DNA of 63,041 nt, the filler included, from Thermodesulfobacteriota bacterium (GTDB lineage: Bacteria; DASVDK01), in NCBI GenBank assembly GCA_036381125.1. It is 6 parts of 6 records of this genome, joined end to end, with 100 filler letters (N's around TTAATTAATTAA, not from the genome) between each part and the next. Parts side by side here need not be neighbours in the genome. Positions count along the whole stretch, not along the records: positions 22,192 to 50,641 come from DASVDK010000050.1; 5 more parts are not named here. One strand, given 5' to 3'. Positions 40,152 to 48,782 of this stretch are shown piece by piece; position 1 is the stretch's first letter; each line of letters begins with the position of its first letter. The notes under the pieces were generated by a model. The model was not told where the DNA came from, made no database searches, and saw nothing but the letters and a program-made list of their open reading frames with translations. The position numbers and the translations under genes were made by a program.

Positions 40152-40583
40152 CTACCGCGAGCGGGCGGTGACGGCGATGCGCGTCGCGGCAGCCGGGCTC
40201 TCGCCGGAGGGCGCCTCGGCAAGCTCCACCACGGCGAAGTCGCCCGGGCGGATCGCGCCGAGGCCGAGCGGGCGTTCCACCCAGCGGTACGTGAGCGCCA
40301 CGTCGCGCGCCTGCGGCGTCCGTGTCACGACCACCTCGGCCGGCTCGCGCCGGATCTCGATGACGCGCGTGTCGGCCGACACCTGCGCGTCCACCCGGTG
40401 GATCTGCGTGCCGGGGGACATCTCCTCGATCACGACCCGGCCGGCCGCCGCGTCCACCGCGACGACCGACCCGGCATGGGTCCGCGAGCCGCCCGCCGCG
40501 GGATCGGCCCCTGCCGGGACGGCCGGCGCGGCGAGGCCGACGAGACCGAGCCCCAGGCCGGCAAGCCAGGCGAATGAGCGCAT
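40152..40583 (-). CDS. Secreted hypothetical protein
   Basis: Signal peptide; AAGGAGG SD; beta-rich, OB-like pattern. Confidence 0.6.
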   Translation of the reverse strand: MRSFAWLAGLGLGLVGLAAPAVPAGADPAAGGSRTHAGSVVAVDAAAGRVVIEEMSPGTQIHRVDAQVSADTRVIEIRREPAEVVVTRTPQARDVALTYRWVERPLGLGAIRPGDFAVVELAEAPSGESPAAATRIAVTARSR

Positions 40584-40676
40584 GGCAGCCTCCTTTCGCC
40601 AGCACGCTAGCGAGCGCCCCCACCCGACGCAAGAACGGGGCTCGTCCGTTCCGCGCTCCTCGGCCCGCGGCCGCCC

Positions 40677-43600
40677 CTACCGGACGGCGCCGCGCGAATC
40701 CCGGCGTTCGAGCGCCTGGCGGACCCTGTCGAGCAGCGCCGCCGCCGTGAAGGGCTTGGGGAGGAAGTCGGTGTCCTCGGCGAGGATGCCCCCCTCGCCG
40801 ATGATGTTCTCCGTGTAGCCCGACATGTAGAGGACGGGGATTCCGGGCCGGATGTCGGCGAGACGGGCGGCGACCTCGCGGCCGTTCATGCCGGGCATGA
40901 CGACGTCGGTGAGCAGGAGGGCCAGGTCGTCCCCGGCGCGGCGGGCCAGCTCGACGGCCTCCTCGCCGAGGCGCGCCTCGATGACCCGGTACCCGTGCGA
41001 CTCGAGGACCCGTCGCGCGTACCGGCGGACCATGTCGTCGTCCTCGACGAGGAGCACGGTCTCGCGGCCCCCCGTCGGCCGCGGCGCCGGCGCCGACGGC
41101 GCGGCCGGCGCCTCGTCCGCCTCGACGCGCGGCAGGTAGATCGCGAACGTGGTCCCCCGGCCGGGCGCGCTCTCGACGGCGATGTGACCCTGGCTCTGCT
41201 TGACGATGCCGTACACGGTCGACAGGCCGAGCCCGGTCCCCTTGCCGCGCGGCTTGGTCGTGAAGAACGGCTCGAACAGGCGGGCCTGCGTCTCGGCGTC
41301 CATGCCGACGCCCGAGTCGCGGACGACGAGCACCACGTAACGGCCCGGCCGAAGCTCGGCCCGGCGCAGGAAGGCCGGCTCGTCGAGGACGGCCGCCCGC
41401 GTCTCGATCGCGAGCCGGCCGCCGGCCGGCATGGCGTCTCGGGCGTTCACGGCGAGGTTGAGGAGGACCTGCGTCACCTGGCCCGGATCGGCCCGGATGA
41501 GCCTGGCGTCCGGGTCGAGACGCGTGACCAGCTCGACGTCCTCGCCGATGACGCGCCGCAGCATCGTCTCGACGTCGGCCACGACGGCGTTGAGGTCGAC
41601 GACGACCGGCCTCAGGGTCTGCTTGCGGCTGAAGGCGAGGAGCTGCTGCGTGAGGTTCGTCGCCCGGTCGGCCGCCCGCCGCACCTCGCTCGCCTCGCGG
41701 CGGACCGCGGCCTCGTCCCAGGGGGCCTGGAGGATCAGGTCGGTGTAGCCGACGATGGCGGTGAGCAGGTTGTTGAAGTCGTGCGCGACGCCGCCGGCCA
41801 GCCGGCCCACCGCCTCCATCTTCTGCGCCTGGCGCAGCTCCTCCTCGAGGCGCTTCTGCTCGGTCGTATCGCGGAAGGCGAGCACCGTCCCGGCCCGCTC
41901 CCCCTCCGTCGCCACGGGCGACGAGGTGACGTCCACCGGGACGGCGATGCCGCGCGCGTCGACGAAGCGGTCGCCGGTCCACGACCGGGCCTGGCCCTCG
42001 CCCAGGGCCGCCGACAGCGCGCAGCGCTCGGCCGGCAGGCCGCCGGCCGGCTCCCCGGGGTGGACGATCTCGTGGAACGCCCGTCCGAGGAGATCCGGTT
42101 CCGGACGGCCGAGGATCGACTCCGCGGTCGGGTTGGCGAACGTCACGCGGCCGTCGGGGTCGAGGGCGACGACCCCTTCGCCCAGACTCCGGGTGATCGC
42201 CCGCGTGTAGTCGAGCTGGCGGCGCAGGCGCGCCTCGGCCTCGCGCGCGTCGCCGTAGAGGAGGGCGTTCTCGGCGGCCAGCGCGGCACGCCGCCCCAGC
42301 TCCTCGGCCAGCGCCAGGTCCGCGCGATCGAACGGGGGCGCCGACCCGGACTGGGCCATGGAGAGCCGCCCGACGATCCGGCCCCGGCTTCGCAGCGGGA
42401 CGCGGATGAGCCGCCCCGAGACCAGCTCGGCCCGGCGGGCGAGCACCTCGTCGACCGTGAGCGGCGGACCGAGGGGGCACCGGCGCGCGCCGCCGGTCGG
42501 CTGCGCGCACGCCGAACCGGTGTGGTGCTCGGCGAGCCGGCGCGCGCCGTCCGCGTCGTCGAGCACGTCCACCGCCGAGCAGGTGCCGAGGCGGCCGATC
42601 GCCAGGCGCGTCGCGGCCTCGAGCGTGGCCTCGTAGTCGAGCGTCGCGACCAGCTCGGCGGAGGCCGCAGCCAGCCAATCGGCGCGCAGACGCGCCGTCT
42701 CCTCCGCGGCGACGTGCCGCTCGATCCGCTCCGCCATGGCGTTGAACGCGCGGTCGACCGCGCCGAACTCCGCGCTGTCGTCCTCGGGGACCCGCACGTC
42801 GAGCCGCCCGGCGCCGAGCGCGTCGGCGCATGCGGAGAGGTCCTGGAGGGGTCTCAGCAGGCGGCGGATCACCAGCAGGCCCGAGACCAGGAGGACGAGG
42901 GGGAGCACCGCGCCCCGCGCCGCCAGGCCGGTCGTCTCCCGCCGCACGGCGGCCGCCACGGTCTCGCGATCCCGCGAGACGGCCACCGCCCAGCCGATGC
43001 CCCGCACCGGCACGAGCGCGCCCGCGCGCACGGCGCCGTCGACGTGGCTCCGGTAGCGCTCGTGGAGCTGCGCCTCGCCGGCGAGCGCGGCCGCCACGCG
43101 GAGGCTGCCGGAGAGGTCGCGGCGCTCCCAGGGCCGGCCCGGCTCCCGCGTGCTGTACACGGTGCGCCGCCGCGAGTCGATGAGGGCCGCGGCGCCGTCG
43201 GGGGAGAGGAGCGCGCGGCCGAGGATCGGGCCGAAGCTCTCGTCCCGGATGCCGATCACGAGCGCGCCGGTCGTCCGCCCCGTCTCGTCGCGGACGGCGT
43301 GGGCCGCGCCGACGATGAGCCGTCCGGTGAGGCGGGACCTGACGAGCGGATTCACCGCCCAGTCGCGCCCCTGGCGAAGGACGGCGTCCACCGCTTCCCG
43401 ATCGAGGATCGTTGCACCCGGCCGGCCCTCGGGCGCGGCCGCCAGGACGACGCCGTTGGCGTCGGTGAGCGCCATCAGGTCGGCGAAGGCGACGAGCGGG
43501 CGGACCTCCTCGAGGTACCGCCTCGCCTCGGCCGCCGACCGGGGCGGGTGCTGCCCGATCGACTCGGCCACGACCGCCAGGCTGCGCCGGATCCCCTCGA

Positions 43601-43820
43601 AGATGGCCTCCACCTGCGCGGCCAGGCCCTCGGCCAGGAGCCGCTGCTCCCGCATGACCCCGGCCACGCGCGCGTCGCGCTGCGCCCGGAGGTGGCGGGC
43701 CTCCCAGAGCCCGACCGTCGCGAAGAGGACGAGGAAGCCGATCACGAGCCGGGCGCGCCACGAGTTGCCTCGCGGCCGCCGCGGTCGGTCTTCGGTCTGT
43801 CGTCCGGTCGACGGATGCAT
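40677..43820 (-). CDS. Hybrid sensor histidine kinase (Cache-HAMP-GAF-PAS-HisKA-HATPase-REC)
   Basis: QAQKMEAVGRLAGGVAHDFNNLL, NLAVNARDAMP, FEPFFTTK, GTGLGL and REC LLLTDVVMP. Confidence 0.93.
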   Translation of the reverse strand: MHPSTGRQTEDRPRRPRGNSWRARLVIGFLVLFATVGLWEARHLRAQRDARVAGVMREQRLLAEGLAAQVEAIFEGIRRSLAVVAESIGQHPPRSAAEARRYLEEVRPLVAFADLMALTDANGVVLAAAPEGRPGATILDREAVDAVLRQGRDWAVNPLVRSRLTGRLIVGAAHAVRDETGRTTGALVIGIRDESFGPILGRALLSPDGAAALIDSRRRTVYSTREPGRPWERRDLSGSLRVAAALAGEAQLHERYRSHVDGAVRAGALVPVRGIGWAVAVSRDRETVAAAVRRETTGLAARGAVLPLVLLVSGLLVIRRLLRPLQDLSACADALGAGRLDVRVPEDDSAEFGAVDRAFNAMAERIERHVAAEETARLRADWLAAASAELVATLDYEATLEAATRLAIGRLGTCSAVDVLDDADGARRLAEHHTGSACAQPTGGARRCPLGPPLTVDEVLARRAELVSGRLIRVPLRSRGRIVGRLSMAQSGSAPPFDRADLALAEELGRRAALAAENALLYGDAREAEARLRRQLDYTRAITRSLGEGVVALDPDGRVTFANPTAESILGRPEPDLLGRAFHEIVHPGEPAGGLPAERCALSAALGEGQARSWTGDRFVDARGIAVPVDVTSSPVATEGERAGTVLAFRDTTEQKRLEEELRQAQKMEAVGRLAGGVAHDFNNLLTAIVGYTDLILQAPWDEAAVRREASEVRRAADRATNLTQQLLAFSRKQTLRPVVVDLNAVVADVETMLRRVIGEDVELVTRLDPDARLIRADPGQVTQVLLNLAVNARDAMPAGGRLAIETRAAVLDEPAFLRRAELRPGRYVVLVVRDSGVGMDAETQARLFEPFFTTKPRGKGTGLGLSTVYGIVKQSQGHIAVESAPGRGTTFAIYLPRVEADEAPAAPSAPAPRPTGGRETVLLVEDDDMVRRYARRVLESHGYRVIEARLGEEAVELARRAGDDLALLLTDVVMPGMNGREVAARLADIRPGIPVLYMSGYTENIIGEGGILAEDTDFLPKPFTAAALLDRVRQALERRDSRGAVR

Positions 43821-43955
43821 GGGCGCCTCGCGGAGGGGGGCGGTTATAGCCCGTCCGCGCCGCGGGCGCAATTGCGCAGAGGCACGAAAGTGCGCAGAGG
43901 CCGGCGCCGGCGGCGGTGCGACGGCTGTTTCGGCGCGGGGCGATACCCCGGACCC

Positions 43956-43971
43956 TGGCACGGGCGATGCT
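43956..43971 (+). promoter_or_regulatory. Candidate sigma54 promoter TGGCACGGGCGATGCT
   Basis: Consensus TGGCACG -24 box with GG-N10-GC spacing, upstream of the Rieske gene SD. Confidence 0.65.
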
Positions 43972-44002
43972 CGCTGCGCCGGGCAGCGAACGGAGGGGTA
44001 CC

Positions 44003-44884
44003 ATGCCCGAGACGGCCGTCGATCTCGTGAAGCGACAGACCTGGCTCGACTCCGTGGCGAGCGGCCTCGGCTCGGCCGTCGACACGGCCCTCGGCGCGGC
44101 CGGCCCGGCCCGGAAGCCCGTCGAGAACGTGCTCAACGGCGTCTGGCTGGGGCACCCGCTCCATCCGGTGCTCGTCACGATCCCGATCGGCTCCTGGAGC
44201 CTGGCCGCGGTGCTCGACGGCCTCGAGGCGGCGAGCGGGCGGCGGGACCTCGGCCCTGCCGCCGACCTCGCCGTCGGGGTCGGCGTCATCGGCGCGGTGG
44301 CCTCCGCGGTCGCCGGCGCCGCCGACTGGCAGCACACCTCCGGGGACACGCGCCGCATCGGCGCCATGCACGCCCTCCTCAACGCGGGCGCCGCGGCCCT
44401 CTACACCACGTCGTGGCTCCTGCGCCGCCGCGGCAAGCGGAGCGCCGGCCGGGGCCTGGCCTCCATCGGGTTCGCCGTCGCCAACGCGTCGGCCTATCTC
44501 GGCGGGCACCTGGTCTACGGGGAGCGGATCGGCGTGACGCACGCCGTGGCGCCGCCGGAGCCGCGGGACTTCGTGGACGTGCTGGCCGAGGCGGACCTGG
44601 CCGACCGGACGCCGCGCCGCGTCACGGTCGCCGGCCAGCCGGTGGTGCTCGTGCGCGACGGCGGCAGGATCGACGCGCTCGCCGAGGTCTGCTCGCACCT
44701 CGGCGGACCGCTCGCGGAGGGGGCGGTCGAGGACGGCTCCATCCGCTGCCCCTGGCACGGCTCGCGCTTCGCGCTCGAGGACGGCCGGGTGCTGGACGGC
44801 CCGGCCACCCTGCCGCAGCCGCGCTACGAGGCGCGCGTCCGCGAGGGGCGGGTCGAGGTGAGACGCGCCCCCTGGGGGCCGTGA
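44003..44884 (+). CDS. DUF2231 membrane domain + Rieske [2Fe-2S] protein
   Basis: WLGHPLHP, CSHLGGPL and CPWHGSRF. Confidence 0.9.
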   Translation: MPETAVDLVKRQTWLDSVASGLGSAVDTALGAAGPARKPVENVLNGVWLGHPLHPVLVTIPIGSWSLAAVLDGLEAASGRRDLGPAADLAVGVGVIGAVASAVAGAADWQHTSGDTRRIGAMHALLNAGAAALYTTSWLLRRRGKRSAGRGLASIGFAVANASAYLGGHLVYGERIGVTHAVAPPEPRDFVDVLAEADLADRTPRRVTVAGQPVVLVRDGGRIDALAEVCSHLGGPLAEGAVEDGSIRCPWHGSRFALEDGRVLDGPATLPQPRYEARVREGRVEVRRAPWGP

Positions 44885-44920
44885 CGATCCGGCGCCACCG
44901 CCCGTGGCCGCGCGCCGTTG

Positions 44921-45724
44921 CTACGTGCCGGCGGCCCTGCGGAGGTGATCGAGCAGCTCGCGCAGGAAGGCCTCCGGCGCCTCGAGCATCGGCAGGTGAC
45001 CGACGTCGGGGAAGCGGACCAGACGCGCGCCAGGGATCGTGGCGGCGATCGCCTCGGAGTGCCGCGGCGGCAGCAGCGTATCGGCCTCGCCGACGGCCAC
45101 GGTCGTCGGCACCCGGATCTCGTGGAGTCGCGCGAGGAGGTCGTGGCGCTCGAGCGCGCCGACCGCGAAGGCCAGGGCCCGCTGGTCGCTCTGCGCGACC
45201 CGCGCGCGGTACCCCTCGTACGCCTCGGGGTGCGCCGCGCGGTAGGCGGCGCCGAAGGCCTGGGGGTAGGCCAGGCGGGCGTAGGCGTCGATCCCTTCCT
45301 CCCGCAGGACGCGCAGCCGCTCGGCCAGCACCGCCGCGAAGGCGGCGTCGGTCTTCGGCCAGGTGTCGACGAGCACGAGCGAGGCGACGCGGCCCGGGTG
45401 ACGCAGCGCGGCCGCCATCGCGATCGCGCCGCCCATCGAGGACCCCACCCAGTGCGCCGGGCCGAGACCGAGATGGGCGTGGAGCGCCGCCCAGTCGTCG
45501 GCCATCTGCTCGATGGTGTAGGGACCGTCCGGCTTCGACGAGGCGCCGTGGCCCCGGGAGTCGCCCGCGATCGCGCGGTAGCCGGCCGCCGCGAGACCGG
45601 CCGCCGCCTGCCGCCAGACGAGCGAGGAGTTGCCGACGCCGTGGAGGAGCAGGACCGGCGCGCCGCCTGTCGGGCCGGCGGCCTCGTAGGCCATCTCGAT
45701 GTCTCGGACGGGTGCGGTGGGCAT
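44921..45724 (-). CDS. Alpha/beta hydrolase (PcaD-like)
   Basis: LLLHG, RGHGAS, GSSMGG, GEAD and GHLP. Confidence 0.88.
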   Translation of the reverse strand: MPTAPVRDIEMAYEAAGPTGGAPVLLLHGVGNSSLVWRQAAAGLAAAGYRAIAGDSRGHGASSKPDGPYTIEQMADDWAALHAHLGLGPAHWVGSSMGGAIAMAAALRHPGRVASLVLVDTWPKTDAAFAAVLAERLRVLREEGIDAYARLAYPQAFGAAYRAAHPEAYEGYRARVAQSDQRALAFAVGALERHDLLARLHEIRVPTTVAVGEADTLLPPRHSEAIAATIPGARLVRFPDVGHLPMLEAPEAFLRELLDHLRRAAGT

Positions 45725-45826
45725 GCGGCGTTCCTCCCCGGCGGCGCGCGCCGCCTCGTCCTTTGACGCGCGTACCGCGAAGTCGCTAGGCTCGATGTCC
45801 ATCGAGTCTACCAGGGAGGCGATGCC

Positions 45827-46978
45827 ATGGCGTCGGACGATCTCGTCGTCGGGCCGGGGCGCTACGTCCAGGCCCCCGGGGTCCTTGCGGACCTGGGGCG
45901 GCTCGTGCGGCCGTACGGGGCGCGCGGGCTCCTGGTCATCGACGGCGTCGTCGCCGCACGGGTCGGAGCCGCCGCGGTGGACGCCTGCGCGGGCGCCGGC
46001 GTGTCGCTCGTCGAGGCGCGCCACGACGGCCTGGCGACCGAGGCCGACGGCGTGCGCCTCGCGGAGCGCGCCCGCGACGCGGCGGCCGACCTGATCCTGG
46101 CCGTCGGCGGCGGCCGCGTCCTCGACACCGCCAAGGTGGCGGCGCTCACGGCGAAGCGTCCGCTCGTCACGCTGGCGACGTCGTCGGCGACCTGCGCCGC
46201 CGCGTCGGGGCTCGCGGTGCTCTACGAGGCGGACGGCCGGCACCGCGAGAGCCGGCGCCTGCCGGCGCCCGAGCTCTGCGTCGTCGACCCGGCGGTGATC
46301 GCGCAGGCGCCGGTCCGCCTCCTCGCCGCAGGGATGGGCGACGCCCTCGCCAAGCAGGTGGAGGGGAGGGCGGCGGCGCATCCCGAGGGGACCACGCTGG
46401 CCACCCGCATGGCGCTCGCCCTCTGCGAGGAGGTGGCCGACACGGTCCTGTCGCTCGGCGTCGAGGCGGCGCGCGACGTCGAGGCGGGCCGATGCACCGA
46501 GGCGGTGGAGGAGGTGGTCCGCGCGTCGATCCTCGGCGCCGCCGTCATCGGCGGCCTCGGCGGCAAGCGGGTCCGCTCGGCGGGCGGGCACGCCCTCTAC
46601 TACGCCGTCACGCACCTGCTGGCCGAGTACCCGCAGCCCGACGCCCGGCCGCGGGTCGACGGCGCGCCGACCCCGGCGCTCCACGGCGAGCTGGTCGGCT
46701 TCGGCCTCCTCTTCCAGTCGTGCCTCCTCGGCCACCCGAGCACGGAGGTGGCCGAGCTTGCCGGCTTCCTCGCCCGCATCCGGTTGCCGATCGACCTGGA
46801 TGCGCTCGGCCTGGGCCGGCTCGACGCCGCCGGCCGGCGCCGGCTGGCCGCGCTCATCCTGCGGCCGGGCAGCTCCATCGCCAACCTCCCGGTGCGACCG
46901 GGCGAGGCGGAGGTGCTGGCCGCCCTCGAGGCCGCCGACGCGGCGGGCAGGACGGCGACGCGCGAGCTGGCGAGGTGA
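45827..46978 (+). CDS. Glycerol dehydrogenase-family alcohol dehydrogenase
   Basis: GGGRVLDTAK, GMGDALAK, HALYY and LHGELVGFG. Confidence 0.88.
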   Translation: MASDDLVVGPGRYVQAPGVLADLGRLVRPYGARGLLVIDGVVAARVGAAAVDACAGAGVSLVEARHDGLATEADGVRLAERARDAAADLILAVGGGRVLDTAKVAALTAKRPLVTLATSSATCAAASGLAVLYEADGRHRESRRLPAPELCVVDPAVIAQAPVRLLAAGMGDALAKQVEGRAAAHPEGTTLATRMALALCEEVADTVLSLGVEAARDVEAGRCTEAVEEVVRASILGAAVIGGLGGKRVRSAGGHALYYAVTHLLAEYPQPDARPRVDGAPTPALHGELVGFGLLFQSCLLGHPSTEVAELAGFLARIRLPIDLDALGLGRLDAAGRRRLAALILRPGSSIANLPVRPGEAEVLAALEAADAAGRTATRELAR

Positions 46979-47517
46979 GCGCACGGGCGCCGGCTGCCGA
47001 CTGGGACCTCGCCTGGCGCCGACTGGTGGCGGCGTGCGCGGAGGCGCGCCGGCGCGTGCAGGCGGGCGCCGAGGCCGCGCCGTCGGCGCCGGTCGAGTAC
47101 CCGCCCATCGCTCCGCCGCCCACGCCGAGCCCGGACCGTCCCGTCCTGCGCGACGACGTCGCCAGGCTGGCCGCGCTCTCGCGCGCCTATCTCCTGACGT
47201 ACTCGTCGGCCGGCGAGGCGGTGACCATCGCCCTGCTCGTGACGAGCCGGGGCCCCGGTGACCTTGCCTTCGGCGTCAACGTGCTGCCGGGCGCCGCGCC
47301 GATCCCGGCCGGGGGGATCGGCCCGGCGATCGTCCTCGAGGCCGCCCGGGCGCTCCTCACCGCGCCGATCACCCGGGCGGGTCGCTTCGTCCCGCGCGAG
47401 GGCGGGCGCCTGCCCTTCGAGGCGGCTGCCGGGTTCCCGCCGCCCGCCTCCGCACCCGACGGCGAGCCGCTCGACCTCCCCCGCCTCGTCCTCTCCGCCT
47501 TCCGCCACGCCTCCTGA
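46975..47517 (+). CDS. Hypothetical protein
   Basis: GTGA-coupled to the dehydrogenase; plausible codon usage; no recognised motif. Confidence 0.5.
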   Translation: MSARAPAADWDLAWRRLVAACAEARRRVQAGAEAAPSAPVEYPPIAPPPTPSPDRPVLRDDVARLAALSRAYLLTYSSAGEAVTIALLVTSRGPGDLAFGVNVLPGAAPIPAGGIGPAIVLEAARALLTAPITRAGRFVPREGGRLPFEAAAGFPPPASAPDGEPLDLPRLVLSAFRHAS

Positions 47518-47669
47518 CCGGGGGTCAGGTCTCAACGTTTTCCTGCCCGATCGTATTCGGTCCTCCAGGTTTTCCGGGCATTTTCCTGCGCGGTCGGGGT
47601 GAAACCTCAATGCTTCTCGATGCTTTCGCGGACTGGGAGGTGTGGAAAATGGAAAGACCTGACCCCCGG
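47518..47669. repeat. MITE/REPIN-like element with terminal inverted repeats CCGGGGGTCAGGTCT / AGACCTGACCCCCGG
   Basis: 15-bp perfect IR at 47518-47532 and 47655-47669; left arm matches the 584-654 repeat at 22 of 23 nt in reverse complement. Confidence 0.8.
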
Positions 47670-47708
47670 GTGTCAACCGGTGTTCTGTACGGGTCCGGGC
47701 GCCGCACC

Positions 47709-47737
47709 TTGAGCGAAATGGGCCGCTCGCCTACAAT
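47709..47737 (+). promoter_or_regulatory. sigma70 promoter TTGAGC-N17-TACAAT for lipA-lpdA-sucA
   Basis: Hexamers and spacing read directly. Confidence 0.6.
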
Positions 47738-47795
47738 TTCTGCTTGCATTCGGCCAGGATAGTGGCCACATACCGCGGTCCCGAGGAGGCGTCCC

Positions 47796-48782
47796 ATCTC
47801 TACCGATCCAGAGCGCAGCCGACCCCGGTTCGCGCCGACCCGCGCCCGGTTGCCGGTCGTCCCGCCGGAGGTGCCGGGGGCGCCCTTGCGCGGCAAGCCG
47901 GCCTGGCTGCGGGCCAAGGCGCCGGGCGGCCCGAACTACGTACGTCTCACCAATCTCATGCGAGGCCTCGACCTCCACACGGTCTGCGAGGAGGCGCGCT
48001 GCCCGAACATCGGCGAGTGCTGGGAGTCGGGCACGGCCACCTTCATGATCCTGGGGGATGTCTGCACCCGGCGGTGCGGGTTCTGCGCCGTCAAGACCGG
48101 TCGGCCGGCGGCGCTCGACCTCGGCGAGCCGGAGCGGGTCGCCGACGCCGTCGAGCGCATGGGGCTCGCCCACGCGGTGATCACGAGCGTGAACCGCGAC
48201 GAGCTGCCCGACGGCGGCGCGGCCATCTTCGCCGAGACGATCCGCGCGATCCGGCGCCGCATGCCGGACACCTCCGTCGAGGTCCTCATCCCGGACTTCC
48301 TCGGCAAGGAGGGGCCGCTCGCGCTCGTCCTCGAGGCGGGGCCCGACATCCTCAACCACAACACGGAGACGGTGCCGCGCCTCTACCGGGAGGTGCGTCC
48401 GAGCGCCCGCTACGAACGGACGCTCACGCTCCTCGAGCGGGCCCGGCGGTGGTCGGACACCCGCACGGGCGGCCGCATGCTCGTGAAGAGCGGCGTCATG
48501 CTCGGCCTCGGCGAGACGCCCGAGGAGATCCGGCAGACGATGCGCGACCTGGTCGCGCACGGCTGCCAGGTGCTCACGCTCGGCCAGTACCTCAGGCCGA
48601 CGCTCCAGCACCTGCCGGTGAAGCGGTACGTGCCCCCCGAGGAGTTCGAGGCCTACCGGGTCGAGGGGCTCGCCATGGGCTTCCGCCACGTGGAGAGCGG
48701 CCCGCTCGTCCGATCGTCCTATCATGCGCGCGAGCAGGTCGTCGACGCACGCGCGTCCGGAGACACGATGACCCATGGCTGA
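47796..48782 (+). CDS. lipA: Lipoyl synthase (start uncertain: ATC 47796 or TTG 47850)
   Basis: KPAWLR, TVCEEARCPNIGEC, CTRRCGFC and PLVRSSYHA. Confidence 0.95.
   Translation: MSTDPERSRPRFAPTRARLPVVPPEVPGAPLRGKPAWLRAKAPGGPNYVRLTNLMRGLDLHTVCEEARCPNIGECWESGTATFMILGDVCTRRCGFCAVKTGRPAALDLGEPERVADAVERMGLAHAVITSVNRDELPDGGAAIFAETIRAIRRRMPDTSVEVLIPDFLGKEGPLALVLEAGPDILNHNTETVPRLYREVRPSARYERTLTLLERARRWSDTRTGGRMLVKSGVMLGLGETPEEIRQTMRDLVAHGCQVLTLGQYLRPTLQHLPVKRYVPPEEFEAYRVEGLAMGFRHVESGPLVRSSYHAREQVVDARASGDTMTHG

Noticed and set aside
37396-44382. 2328-aa minus-strand ORF
   Set aside because: Only the last 735 aa (LutB-LutA) are real. The rest is an off-frame read-through of the kinase, the secreted protein and lutC.
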